Of a DNA stretch of 64,000 nt, positions 23,997 through 33,247 are shown in pieces. The DNA is from Candidatus Parcubacteria bacterium. GTDB taxonomy: Bacteria > Patescibacteriota > Minisyncoccia > UBA6257 > 2-01-FULL-56-20. Every line of letters starts with the position of its first letter. Within the stretch, counting starts at the first letter, position 1. The stretch covers positions 85,658 to 149,657 of the forward strand of contig DAHVRZ010000002.1 in NCBI GenBank assembly GCA_027324805.1, given 5' to 3'. Both the position numbers and the translations under genes were made by a program. Under the pieces are notes generated by a model that saw only the letters and a list, made by a program, of their open reading frames with translations, did no database searches and was not told where the DNA came from.

Positions 23997-25037
23997 TTAC
24001 CGATTGCTTTCTAAGTATTTAACTCTATTTGCTGTTTGTTCGTCAAGGGTCTTGGCGAATATGGTTTTTCCTGTTGCCGGGTCGCTCAGGTAATACCAAT
24101 ACGGGGAATTCTGGGGGTGGAGCGCTGCCACGATCGAGGAAGTTCCCGGATTCCCTATAGGACCGGGTGGCAGTCCCCCATATAGGTATGTATTGTAATG
24201 TGATTTTATTTTGAAGTCAAGCGCGGCAAGCGTCGGACAAGACGTGACAAACGAAGACTGGGTGCCTGTATTTTCTTCCATGAGCTTCGCATAACAAACC
24301 GTTGCATCCACGCCGAGCGGCATCCCCGCCTTCTCCCTCTTAAGCAGGATTCCCGCCACTATCTCGCGATCCTGCTGATCCGAAACCTCCTTTTCGAGTA
24401 TGGATGCGACTGTAAGTGCCCGTTCCTCCGCCGCCTGTCCCGCCGTCGTTGACGCATCGACACCCGCCGCAGCGAGCAGCGGTTCCGCTTTTGAGGCAAA
24501 ATTGTTCTCCATCTCCTTCACCACGGAGGTCGCGGTCGATCCGGTGTAGAACCGATAGGTATCCGGGAAAAGCCGCCCTTCAAGATCCCCTTGCGTACCC
24601 GATTCCTGGAGTGCCACGAGGGATCCCGGTTTTATGACAAGCGCCGCGCTCAAAATGGCGTCCACCTGATAGATATTCGATCCCTCGGGGATGGTGACAG
24701 TCGTCTCATCGGCGGCGCCGGCGGTGATGGCATCAACGATCTCTCCTGCGGACATCGCGGGATCCAGCCGGTACAGTCCCGGCTTTATCGCAAGTGCGCG
24801 GCCGCCGAGGAGCGCATAGGCATCGAATGCTGCTGCCGAGCGGATGAGGTGTGCCGCGGCGAGGCCATCCGCGACGGTCCGAAATCCTTCTCCCTGCGAA
24901 ACCTCAAACGTCGTCGATGCGGCGTTCTGTGCATCCGCCGGCGAAAGTTCGTACAGGAACATCCCCACACCGGCGGTAATGACGATAAGCACCACGGCAG
25001 CGATCCATCCCGTTTTTTTCCATCCGATTGCATCCAT
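23997..25037 (-). CDS. mltG: Endolytic murein transglycosylase MltG (YceG family)
   Basis: An N-terminal TM and the LFPDTYRF and YNTYLYGGLPPGPIGNPG signature motifs. Confidence 0.85.
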   Translation of the reverse strand: MDAIGWKKTGWIAAVVLIVITAGVGMFLYELSPADAQNAASTTFEVSQGEGFRTVADGLAAAHLIRSAAAFDAYALLGGRALAIKPGLYRLDPAMSAGEIVDAITAGAADETTVTIPEGSNIYQVDAILSAALVIKPGSLVALQESGTQGDLEGRLFPDTYRFYTGSTATSVVKEMENNFASKAEPLLAAAGVDASTTAGQAAEERALTVASILEKEVSDQQDREIVAGILLKREKAGMPLGVDATVCYAKLMEENTGTQSSFVTSCPTLAALDFKIKSHYNTYLYGGLPPGPIGNPGTSSIVAALHPQNSPYWYYLSDPATGKTIFAKTLDEQTANRVKYLESNR

Positions 25038-25051
25038 GGGAGATTGCTATT

Positions 25052-26101
25052 TTAGGCAAGCCTTTTTCTTATCGAGTTTATGACCGCGAGCATGAACCCA
25101 TCAGCAAGCATGCTCGATCCGCCGTAGCTCAAAAACGGGAACGTGACGCCGACAACGGGAGTGAGTCCTGTCGCCGAGCCGGCGTTCAAGAGGAATTGCG
25201 TGGCAAACATGATCGCCGTCCCCATGCAGACGAACTTCTCGAAGTTCTGGTCGGCAAGCATGCCGATGCGCAGGATCTGGAATACAAGAAAAAAGAACGC
25301 TGCACACACAAGGAGCGCGCCGACAAGACCCCACTCCTCCACCACCGCCGAAAACATGAAATCCTCCGTCGGCTCCGAAAGGAACCCGAGCTGGGTCTGC
25401 GTTCCCTGTCCATACCCCTTGCCGAACCATCCCGAATCGCCGATCGCGACCTTCGACTGGATCACGCTGTAGTTGATGCCAAGCGTATTCTCCTGCGGAG
25501 CAAGATATCCGGCGATGCGGGCGCGCTGATACCCTTTGAGCGCGAAGTTCCACGCCAGAACGCCGACGAGGATGAGCACGATGAGCGCGACGGCAACGCG
25601 CCGGAACGGAAGCCCGAGAAATATAAGAAATCCGAACCATACCGAGAAGAAAATGATCGCGGAACTGAGGTCGGGCAGCTTGATCGCGATCGCCGCAGGA
25701 ATAATAAAAAACACGAACGACGTAAGGATCGTCTGCCAGCGCGCGATCGCAAGATGCCGCCTGCTGAAGTAGTTTGCAAAAAGAAGAATAAGCGCGATCT
25801 TCATGAACTCCACCGGCTGAAGCGTGAACGGGCCGATCACGATCCAACTGTGGGTATTGCGGACGAGCGGCGACGCGACGAGCGCGACGAGCATTAATAA
25901 TCCCGCAGCACCGTAGATGCCCCATACCACCCACCGCGAATTGAATACGCTCCGCACATCCACTCTCATAAAGAGGACCACGAGGCATGCGGCGAGCGCC
26001 ACCCATACGATCTGGAATATGAACAAATGGAGAGAGAGCGTCGAGAGCAGGATGAGTCCCATGCCTACAAGGACGCCCGCCGGAAGGAAGAGTGCAAGCA
26101 T
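25052..26101 (-). CDS. SEDS-family peptidoglycan glycosyltransferase (FtsW/RodA)
   Basis: Ten TM helices. The C-terminal VGVTFPFLSYGGSSMLADGFMLAVI matches the SEDS signature. Confidence 0.85.
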   Translation of the reverse strand: MLALFLPAGVLVGMGLILLSTLSLHLFIFQIVWVALAACLVVLFMRVDVRSVFNSRWVVWGIYGAAGLLMLVALVASPLVRNTHSWIVIGPFTLQPVEFMKIALILLFANYFSRRHLAIARWQTILTSFVFFIIPAAIAIKLPDLSSAIIFFSVWFGFLIFLGLPFRRVAVALIVLILVGVLAWNFALKGYQRARIAGYLAPQENTLGINYSVIQSKVAIGDSGWFGKGYGQGTQTQLGFLSEPTEDFMFSAVVEEWGLVGALLVCAAFFFLVFQILRIGMLADQNFEKFVCMGTAIMFATQFLLNAGSATGLTPVVGVTFPFLSYGGSSMLADGFMLAVINSIRKRLA

Positions 26102-26127
26102 ACGCTTAAATCCCGAATATAATACCT

Positions 26128-26853
26128 TTATTTGAGCCCGTAGACAACCACCTGACTCTTCGTCGGATCGATCGAACCGGTCTGCGGATACGAAACGGAG
26201 AAGTTCACGATCTGGTCCGGTGCTACATCATTGAGCTCCGTCTGCGACGCACCGGCCGGGCTGCCGTCGGTACCGACGAATATGACATCTACAAAGACGT
26301 AATGCGTCACGGAAAGATTGGCGTTCGTGATCTCACCTCCCACCGATACGGTCGATGACGTCCCTCCCACGGTAAGGTTTTCGGTCGTGAACGCCGGGAT
26401 CGTTCCCAGCGATGACGTCGCGGTCCAATAGGCATCCTTTACCGAGAGACTCACGCTCACGGGCGGTTGGGAAACCTCCACATTCGGCACTACGAGATAT
26501 TTCGTCTGGCCGGCATATATGAATGAATTCTCGGGTATGGACTGCAGGATCGTTCCCGACGAATCCTCAAGATCGATCGAATAATCGAAATACGAAACGG
26601 CATAATCCGAATCGGTATCCTGGACCTGCGCGAGGAACGTGTAGTGTCCCGGCGATGAAAGGAACGTCACCACGGGCGACACGGAGATCGGCGCGGTGCT
26701 CGTCGGCGCGCAGGTACTCGCGGTACACGGCGCAACGGCAGGCGCGGAAGGGACAAAAAGCCTCACCGCAAACCATACGATCGCAATGAATACGGCCCAA
26801 AGAACGAGATAGAACATACCGTAAACGATCTGCTTCGCACGCCTCGTGGACAT
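26128..26853 (-). CDS. Membrane-anchored extracytoplasmic hypothetical protein
   Basis: An N-terminal TM followed by a Ser/Thr/Val-rich beta-like domain. The start was moved to MSTRRAKQ. Confidence 0.5.
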   Translation of the reverse strand: MSTRRAKQIVYGMFYLVLWAVFIAIVWFAVRLFVPSAPAVAPCTASTCAPTSTAPISVSPVVTFLSSPGHYTFLAQVQDTDSDYAVSYFDYSIDLEDSSGTILQSIPENSFIYAGQTKYLVVPNVEVSQPPVSVSLSVKDAYWTATSSLGTIPAFTTENLTVGGTSSTVSVGGEITNANLSVTHYVFVDVIFVGTDGSPAGASQTELNDVAPDQIVNFSVSYPQTGSIDPTKSQVVVYGLK

Positions 26854-26876
26854 ATGTCCATTATACGGCAAGATGA

Positions 26877-27470
26877 ATGATGATAAAATGGATGGGAAGG
26901 CGGTCCCCCAATTCCATCAAACCTTTTATTCCAATGCTTGCATTGACCATCGCCGCGTATGCCATCGGGATCGTCCTCTTGGGATGCGGAGGCGCGATTT
27001 TGATATCGATGCAGATCGCGCGGAAGAGCGCGGCGCCGTACTTCCCAAGCTCCGCGGAAACGGTGCGCCTCGCGCTTCGCACCGCAGAACTCAAACCCAA
27101 GGAAACATTCTACGACCTCGGTGCCGGCACCGGACAGGCGCTCGTGATCGCCGACAAACAATTCGGCGCGCATGCGATCGGCTCCGAGATAAGCCTGCTC
27201 CCCTACCTTATCGCAAAGCTCAGGATATTCTTTATGCGTTCGAAGGCGCACGTAACATTTGAAAATCTCTTCACGCAGGACGTGCGTGACGCCGATGTCG
27301 TTTTCTGCTTTCTCGCCGAACGCGTCCTCGGCCGCGTAGCGGACAAACTTAAACGCGAACTGAAACCCGGCGCGCGCGTAGTGAGCTATGCGTTCACCCT
27401 TCCCGGCATGACGCCGGACGCGGCCATTCCCGTGCATGGCGCGTGGAACCTTTACCTTTACCGCATCTAG
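26877..27470 (+). CDS. Class I SAM-dependent methyltransferase with N-terminal TM segment
   Basis: Motif I reads FYDLGAGTGQALVIA. The length is 197 aa. Confidence 0.65.
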   Translation: MMIKWMGRRSPNSIKPFIPMLALTIAAYAIGIVLLGCGGAILISMQIARKSAAPYFPSSAETVRLALRTAELKPKETFYDLGAGTGQALVIADKQFGAHAIGSEISLLPYLIAKLRIFFMRSKAHVTFENLFTQDVRDADVVFCFLAERVLGRVADKLKRELKPGARVVSYAFTLPGMTPDAAIPVHGAWNLYLYRI

Positions 27471-29398
27471 GATTCTTCGCCGCGGATCGCCTCCTTCACA
27501 AGCCCTTCAACCAGCGTGTCGATTTCGATCGAGGCCACGGCGACCACCTTATCGGCGCCGCCGTAATAAACAAACAATCTGCCGCGGACCACGGCCGCGC
27601 CGCACGGGAAGACCACGTTCGAAACAATGCCGTTCTTTTCATATGGCATCTTTGGTTCGAGAAGCGGATCGTGCGTCCGGTAAAGAATCTTCCTCGGGTC
27701 GCGCTTATCGAGGAGAGCCGCACGAACATTGTAATGACCTGTGCGCTTTGAGATGCCATGATAGAGCAGAAGCCAGCCGTAGCGCGTCTCGATGGGAGGG
27801 GCTGTAATGCCGATGCGCCGCGAGTCCCATGCCGTTTCGCGCGGGCGCATGAGGATTTCGCCGTAAAGTTCCTTGCCGTCCGCGAACGAAAGATCGTCAA
27901 CTTTATCTATCCATATCTCCGAACCAAGCCGATGCAGGAACACGTATTTTCCTCCTATCTTTTTTGAAAAAAGCGCCGTATCTTTATCATCCTTGCCTGC
28001 CGGTGAGATCAGCTTCGGCGCCGCCCATTTCTCCCAGCGATGCGCAAGGAAATCCTTCATGCCGATCGAGGTGAATGCGACGCGCGGCGGATCCTTTCCA
28101 TCATACGCCGCATAGCACATAAAGAGCGTGTCGCCTATTTTTGTTATACGCGGGTCTTCGCAGCCGGAATTCCCTCCCGGCACCTTCTTGGCCTCAAAAT
28201 CCGCGCGCGGTACGTATGCAGGCCTAGGCAGGCGCTCGTCGATCGTCACGCCGTCGCGCGACGATGCATAACCGATCACCGACGTATTATCCTCTCCCAT
28301 CGCACGATACAGGATGTGAACCTTCCCGCCCTCGTAGATCGCCGCAGGATTGAATGTCGCCTTCGCCTCCCATGCGTGCGACGCGATGGGCTCGATGATG
28401 GGATTCCCCTCCGCACGTTTCAATTCCCGGTCCACGGTGAACTTCAGCTGGGCTATAAGGGACTTCTTGTTGAACGTCGCCATGCAGGATGTCGTATCCG
28501 CGGCGCCATAATAAAGATGGATGTTCGGGCCTTTTGCGAGAGCCCCCGAAGGGAAGACGATGCGCGGCACGCGGCCATAGCATTCGTACTCCTCCTGCGG
28601 CACAAGGAGCGGCCGCTTCACCTCGCCCACGATCTTCCGCGGATCCTTGAGATCAAGGAGCGCCGCCTGGATACCGAATGTCGGCGGCGGGGAGAAATAA
28701 TTGAATATATAAGAATAGAAAAAGAGCCATCCGTCCTTTGTTTTTATGGGGGCCGAACCCACTTCGATATGGTCCTTATTATCGTTCCGCTCGATGCCGA
28801 TCGCGTGGTCGTCGAGATGCGCATACCAATCGTCCCAATATTCCCTCGACCATATATCCTCTATTTCATCGAAGAGCGCAATGCAGACCCGCGACGGCGG
28901 ATGATCGGTATTCACCGTCAGGATGGCCGCGATCTTTCCACCGATACGCTCAGGAAAGAGCGCCATCGCCTTCGCATTAAACGGCGTCACAAGATGCTTT
29001 TCATCCACCGATCCAAAATCTTCCGTAATGGCGACGGCGACCTTGATCCCGTCCGCAGAGAACTCGGAAACAGCCGTATAAAATATATAAAATTTCCCCT
29101 CGAATTCCGTGACGCGCGGATCCTCGCAACCGAACCGTTCCCAGGGCGCGTCGGGCGCCACCAGTTCTTCGCGCGGCCCGCGGAAATCCGCGCCGTTCGG
29201 TCCTGCCGTATGGCCTATCGTCGACACCTCGACCTCCCGTCCGTCCACGATCCTTTTCGCGCCGGCGGCGCGGAACAGCAGATGGGTCTTGCCGCCGTAT
29301 TCGACCGCACATGGATTGAAGGTCGCCTCCGATTGCCACGGCGACGACGGGTCGGGCATCACTATCGGATTTTCCGGAGATCGTTTAGCGCCGGACAT
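27467..29398 (-). CDS. Tandem double GH130-like (DUF377) glycoside hydrolase/phosphorylase, 643 aa
   Basis: Two repeats of the NP...ATFNP..Y.GGK.HLLYRA.G....IGYA.S.DG block, one at the N-terminus and one at residue ~330. Beta-propeller glycosidase family. Confidence 0.7.
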   Translation of the reverse strand: MSGAKRSPENPIVMPDPSSPWQSEATFNPCAVEYGGKTHLLFRAAGAKRIVDGREVEVSTIGHTAGPNGADFRGPREELVAPDAPWERFGCEDPRVTEFEGKFYIFYTAVSEFSADGIKVAVAITEDFGSVDEKHLVTPFNAKAMALFPERIGGKIAAILTVNTDHPPSRVCIALFDEIEDIWSREYWDDWYAHLDDHAIGIERNDNKDHIEVGSAPIKTKDGWLFFYSYIFNYFSPPPTFGIQAALLDLKDPRKIVGEVKRPLLVPQEEYECYGRVPRIVFPSGALAKGPNIHLYYGAADTTSCMATFNKKSLIAQLKFTVDRELKRAEGNPIIEPIASHAWEAKATFNPAAIYEGGKVHILYRAMGEDNTSVIGYASSRDGVTIDERLPRPAYVPRADFEAKKVPGGNSGCEDPRITKIGDTLFMCYAAYDGKDPPRVAFTSIGMKDFLAHRWEKWAAPKLISPAGKDDKDTALFSKKIGGKYVFLHRLGSEIWIDKVDDLSFADGKELYGEILMRPRETAWDSRRIGITAPPIETRYGWLLLYHGISKRTGHYNVRAALLDKRDPRKILYRTHDPLLEPKMPYEKNGIVSNVVFPCGAAVVRGRLFVYYGGADKVVAVASIEIDTLVEGLVKEAIRGEES

Positions 29399-30656
29399 TG
29401 CGTGAAGTTCGGGTCATGGTTGGTTCTGTCGCGAGCTGCGGGGCACCGTGTGCCTTGAGCTCACGGAGGAATATTTGGAGATCGGCCATTGCGACGCAGG
29501 TCACCGCATCGGCGCCTCCATAATAGACAAAGAGTTCGCCGTCCTTGATCACCGCGCCGCAGGAATATACGACGCCGGACTTATAGCCGTTGTTCTCATA
29601 CCCAAAATCCGGTTCGAGGATCGGCGATCGCGTACGGTATCGTATCTTCGTCGGATCGTCGAGGTCGAGGAGCATCGCGCCAAGCTTGTAACGGTTCGGA
29701 TCCTTGAGATCCATCGCATGATACAGGAGAAGCCATCCGTCGTCCGTCCTGAGCGGCGGCGGCCCCACGCCGCGGATCCAACCATCCCATACCCCCTCCC
29801 TCATTTTCACCTTGTCATTGGAAGGCCGGCTGCTCTTTATATATTCTTCGGGAGCAAAATCCAGCGAGTCACGGTATTCGACGAGGATCTCCGGCGTGAC
29901 GCCGTGCAGTATCGCGAACTTGCCGTGGATCTTTTCCGGAAAGATCACCCAGTTCTTGTGGATCTCCCCCGGCGGCGATATGAGCGCCGGCTTCCGCCAT
30001 TTCCATCGCTTGTTCAAGAAGTCCTCGAGTCCGATCGAAGAAAGCGCTATGCGGACGGATCCCCAGCCGTCGAACGCCGTATACGTGAGATAGACGCGTC
30101 CCTCGAGGAGCGTGAGACGCGGATCCTCGGCACCGCCATTCCATCCGCCGCCGGAAAGATATGCCGGCGCCGGGACGGCACGGTCCTTTTCGGGCACCAT
30201 CTCCTTCGTGGTATGCGGCATATACGCCGGCTCACTTGCGCGCTCGTCGAGCGTCATGCCGTCGCCGCTTGCAGCATAGCCGAGAACGGAAACATCATCA
30301 CCGCCGATCGCACGGTAGAGAAGGTGTATGCGATGGTCGGCATAGACGGCGCCGGGATTGAATGTCGCTTTCATCTCCCACCAATTACCGCTCCGCGGTT
30401 CTATAATAGGATTGCTTTCATGCCGCTCGAGCCGGTGCGGCAGCGGTCTGTCGGGATGCGCGGTCGCGGCACGGCGTTCGACTGCTTTTAAAAGCGCACG
30501 CCGCCGGCGCATAAGCGTCGACGGCGTTGCATTTTTTTTCTTTCCGGCTACCGAAGCTGGCCTCTTTCCTGCAGGGGTCTTCCGTGCGTTCTTTCTCTGG
30601 GGAGATTTCGTGGACGGCATTTCAAAGAGAGTGGATACGACTAAACCGCCGACCAA
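29385..30656 (-). CDS. GH130-like (DUF377) glycoside hydrolase/phosphorylase, single domain, basic N-terminal tail
   Basis: ESNPIIEP...EMKATFNPGAVYADHRIHLLYRAIGGDDVSVLGYAASGDG. The true start is uncertain, and the first ~60 residues are Arg/Lys/Ala-rich. Confidence 0.7.
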   Translation of the reverse strand: MVGGLVVSTLFEMPSTKSPQRKNARKTPAGKRPASVAGKKKNATPSTLMRRRRALLKAVERRAATAHPDRPLPHRLERHESNPIIEPRSGNWWEMKATFNPGAVYADHRIHLLYRAIGGDDVSVLGYAASGDGMTLDERASEPAYMPHTTKEMVPEKDRAVPAPAYLSGGGWNGGAEDPRLTLLEGRVYLTYTAFDGWGSVRIALSSIGLEDFLNKRWKWRKPALISPPGEIHKNWVIFPEKIHGKFAILHGVTPEILVEYRDSLDFAPEEYIKSSRPSNDKVKMREGVWDGWIRGVGPPPLRTDDGWLLLYHAMDLKDPNRYKLGAMLLDLDDPTKIRYRTRSPILEPDFGYENNGYKSGVVYSCGAVIKDGELFVYYGGADAVTCVAMADLQIFLRELKAHGAPQLATEPTMTRTSRNVRR

Positions 30657-30736
30657 ATGGGCCTACGTTCGTATTATATACCCGAACGAAAGCTGAGCGA
30701 CCCTTTTCCTGTGGATAAAAAGCTGCGTCACCGCAC

Positions 30737-30760
30737 AAAGGCCCCTTGCGGGGCCTTTGT
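30737..30760 (-). terminator. Hairpin AAAGGCCCC-TTGC-GGGGCCTTT + short T-run (terminator of gene 30775..31230)
   Basis: Seen directly in the sequence. The T-tract is weak. Confidence 0.45.
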
Positions 30761-30774
30761 TATACATGCGGATA

Positions 30775-31230
30775 TTACTGCCCCGAAGACGCGTTTGTGG
30801 GAGCCTGACCTCCTCCGGGAGAGCTCCTGAAGAAGCCTCCGTTGCCGATCTCGATCGACGATGCGGTCACACTTCCGTCGGAGTTTTGCGTACCCCTAAC
30901 CGTGATATTCGATCCCGTCGCAACCTTTGAGATGGAAACATTCGTAGGCTCGGTAATTGGCGTGGAGCTCGAATACAGCACCACTTCGGAATTGCCGTTC
31001 TGAAGCTGAAGCGTTATGTCGGAGCCGCTGATCGCGGACACCTGTCCCTGAAAAACGCTCCCCGAAGAACCGGCCCTGAAGCCTCCGCGCGTGGAGGAGG
31101 AGTATCCGCTGTTCGCAAACTGCCCATTCCCTCCCACAGCCATCCCCTTTCCCCAGAAAATACCCGCTACAAGCGCGGCCACCGCCACTACGGCCCAGAT
31201 ACCATGCGTTTTGTATTTCATTTTACTCAT
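30775..31230 (-). CDS. Membrane-anchored Gly/Ser-rich extracytoplasmic protein (151 aa)
   Basis: An N-terminal TM, directly downstream of the ABC permease gene. Confidence 0.5.
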   Translation of the reverse strand: MSKMKYKTHGIWAVVAVAALVAGIFWGKGMAVGGNGQFANSGYSSSTRGGFRAGSSGSVFQGQVSAISGSDITLQLQNGNSEVVLYSSSTPITEPTNVSISKVATGSNITVRGTQNSDGSVTASSIEIGNGGFFRSSPGGGQAPTNASSGQ

Positions 31231-31245
31231 GATTCATACCGACCT

Positions 31246-32493
31246 TTATTCGTACCGTAATGCCTCGATCGGATTCAGGCTTGCCGCGCGCCGCGCGGGA
31301 TAGTAGCCGAACACGATACCGATTGCGGCCGAAACGAAAAATGATAGGAGGATATACGGGACCGAAACGGTGGTCGTGATGCCGGCGAAGAGCGATATCA
31401 GGAAAGCGCCGATCCATCCGCACACGATGCCGATCACCCCTCCCGTGAACGTGAGCATCACCGATTCCGCAAGGAACTGAAGCGTGATATCGCTTTTCTT
31501 CGCGCCGATCGCCTTTCGCAGACCGATCTCGCGCGTACGCTCGGTGACGGTCGTAAGCATCATGTTCATGATGCCGATGCCGCCGACAAGGAGCGAGATC
31601 GCGGCTATGGCCGCAAGGAGCGTGGTGAATGTCCCCGTCACGGATGACGCGGCCGATACGATGCTCGCCTGGTTAAGTACGGTGAAATCCGCCTGTGTCG
31701 GATCGCTGATACCGTGACGCTCGAGAAGGAGCGACGTGATGTCATTCTGTACCTGCGTCATCGACTGCTCCGTCGAAGCCTCAACGTCAACCTCCGTAAG
31801 ATATCCGGTATTTCCGAGAAGGTAATGCTGGGCCGCTCCGAGCGGCACATAGATCACATCGTCCTGGTTGTTGAACCCGCTCCCCCCTTTCGAGACCGTC
31901 ACGCCGATTACCGTGAACTGCGTTCCCTTTATCTGTATCGTCTGACCGATCGCCATGTCGGGCGTGGCGCTCGCGTTCGTGCTCGGCGCAAAAAGATCCT
32001 GAAGCACCGTTGGCCCGATCACGGCCACGCGGTTCGAATTCGTGACATCCGTATCACTGAAGAAGCTTCCCGTGTCCACGGACACATTCCTCACCTGTTC
32101 GTACGCCGGCGTCGTGCCGATCACATTCGTATTCGTGTTGTTCGCCTTATAGATGGTCTGATAGCGGCCGCTCACCTCGGGCGCCACTGCGGCGACGTTC
32201 TGCACGTCCGCCGCGATCGCGGCGGCATCATCGGGAGTGAGCGTCTCGCTGCTGCCTGCCGCCGAGCGGACCGTTGTCCCTATCGATTTCGTCGCACCCG
32301 GTATGACCATCACGAGGTTCGCGCCAAGCGATTCGATGTTCGCCTGCACCGCGGCCTGCGATCCTTGGCCGACGGCTACGAGTGCGATCACGCTTGCGAT
32401 GCCGATAACGATACCGAGCATCGTCAAGCCCGACCGTACTTTGTTCACGGTCACCGCGCTATAGGTCTCTTCAAAAAGGTCCCGTGTCGTCAT
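31246..32493 (-). CDS. ABC transporter permease, MacB/FtsX family
   Basis: N-terminal TM, a large periplasmic domain and a C-terminal FtsX-like 3-TM bundle (…REIGLRKAIGAKKSDI…). Confidence 0.85.
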   Translation of the reverse strand: MTTRDLFEETYSAVTVNKVRSGLTMLGIVIGIASVIALVAVGQGSQAAVQANIESLGANLVMVIPGATKSIGTTVRSAAGSSETLTPDDAAAIAADVQNVAAVAPEVSGRYQTIYKANNTNTNVIGTTPAYEQVRNVSVDTGSFFSDTDVTNSNRVAVIGPTVLQDLFAPSTNASATPDMAIGQTIQIKGTQFTVIGVTVSKGGSGFNNQDDVIYVPLGAAQHYLLGNTGYLTEVDVEASTEQSMTQVQNDITSLLLERHGISDPTQADFTVLNQASIVSAASSVTGTFTTLLAAIAAISLLVGGIGIMNMMLTTVTERTREIGLRKAIGAKKSDITLQFLAESVMLTFTGGVIGIVCGWIGAFLISLFAGITTTVSVPYILLSFFVSAAIGIVFGYYPARRAASLNPIEALRYE

Positions 32494-33224
32494 ATAGGTA
32501 TCTCTTTTTCGTTGCGCGCGATCCTTTTGTGCTCATTCTTCTCGTCGCTCACAATGTTCCCATCCCGGATGTGGATGATGCGGTCGGCATGCTCGGCCAC
32601 GTACGGCTCGTGCGTGATGAGAATGATCGTCTTCCCCTGTCCCCTATTAAGCGATTGGAACGTATGGAGGACGATCTCGCCCGTCTTCGAATCAAGGTTG
32701 CCGGTCGGCTCATCGGCGAGAATGAGCGCCGGATTGTTCACGAGCGACCGCGCGATCGCCACACGCTGCATCATGCCTCCCGATAACTGGTTCGAATAGT
32801 ACGGCCAGAACGCTTCGGGGAACGCCGCGTCGGCGAGGGCCTTCTGGGCCACCGTGACGCGTATTTCCTTCGGTATGTTCGCGTAGACGAGAGGCAGTTC
32901 CACGTTGCGGAGCACGCTCGTCCGCGGCAGTAGGTTGAATGCCTGAAACACAAATCCTATCTTCTCGCGGCGGATGTCCGCAAGCTCTTCGTCGGAAAGT
33001 TTCGAAACGTCCTTTCCATCCAGAAAGTATTCGCCGCTCGTCGGTGTGTCGAGAGCGCCCAGAATATGCATGAGGGTGGATTTTCCCGATCCTGACGGAC
33101 CCATCACGGCAACGAACTCCCCCTCCTTTATGGAAAAGGTTATGCCCTTGAGAACAGTGACTGCCGTATCGCCGGTGCCATACACTTTTTTAATGTCCCT
33201 GCATGCGATGATATCTTCCTTCAT
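32490..33224 (-). CDS. ABC transporter ATP-binding protein (MacB-type ATPase)
   Basis: Walker A (GPSGSGKST), the LSGGMMQRVAIAR signature and Walker B (ILADEPTGNLD). Confidence 0.9.
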   Translation of the reverse strand: MKEDIIACRDIKKVYGTGDTAVTVLKGITFSIKEGEFVAVMGPSGSGKSTLMHILGALDTPTSGEYFLDGKDVSKLSDEELADIRREKIGFVFQAFNLLPRTSVLRNVELPLVYANIPKEIRVTVAQKALADAAFPEAFWPYYSNQLSGGMMQRVAIARSLVNNPALILADEPTGNLDSKTGEIVLHTFQSLNRGQGKTIILITHEPYVAEHADRIIHIRDGNIVSDEKNEHKRIARNEKEIPI

Positions 33225-33247
33225 TTATGATGTTTGTGATTGGGCGA

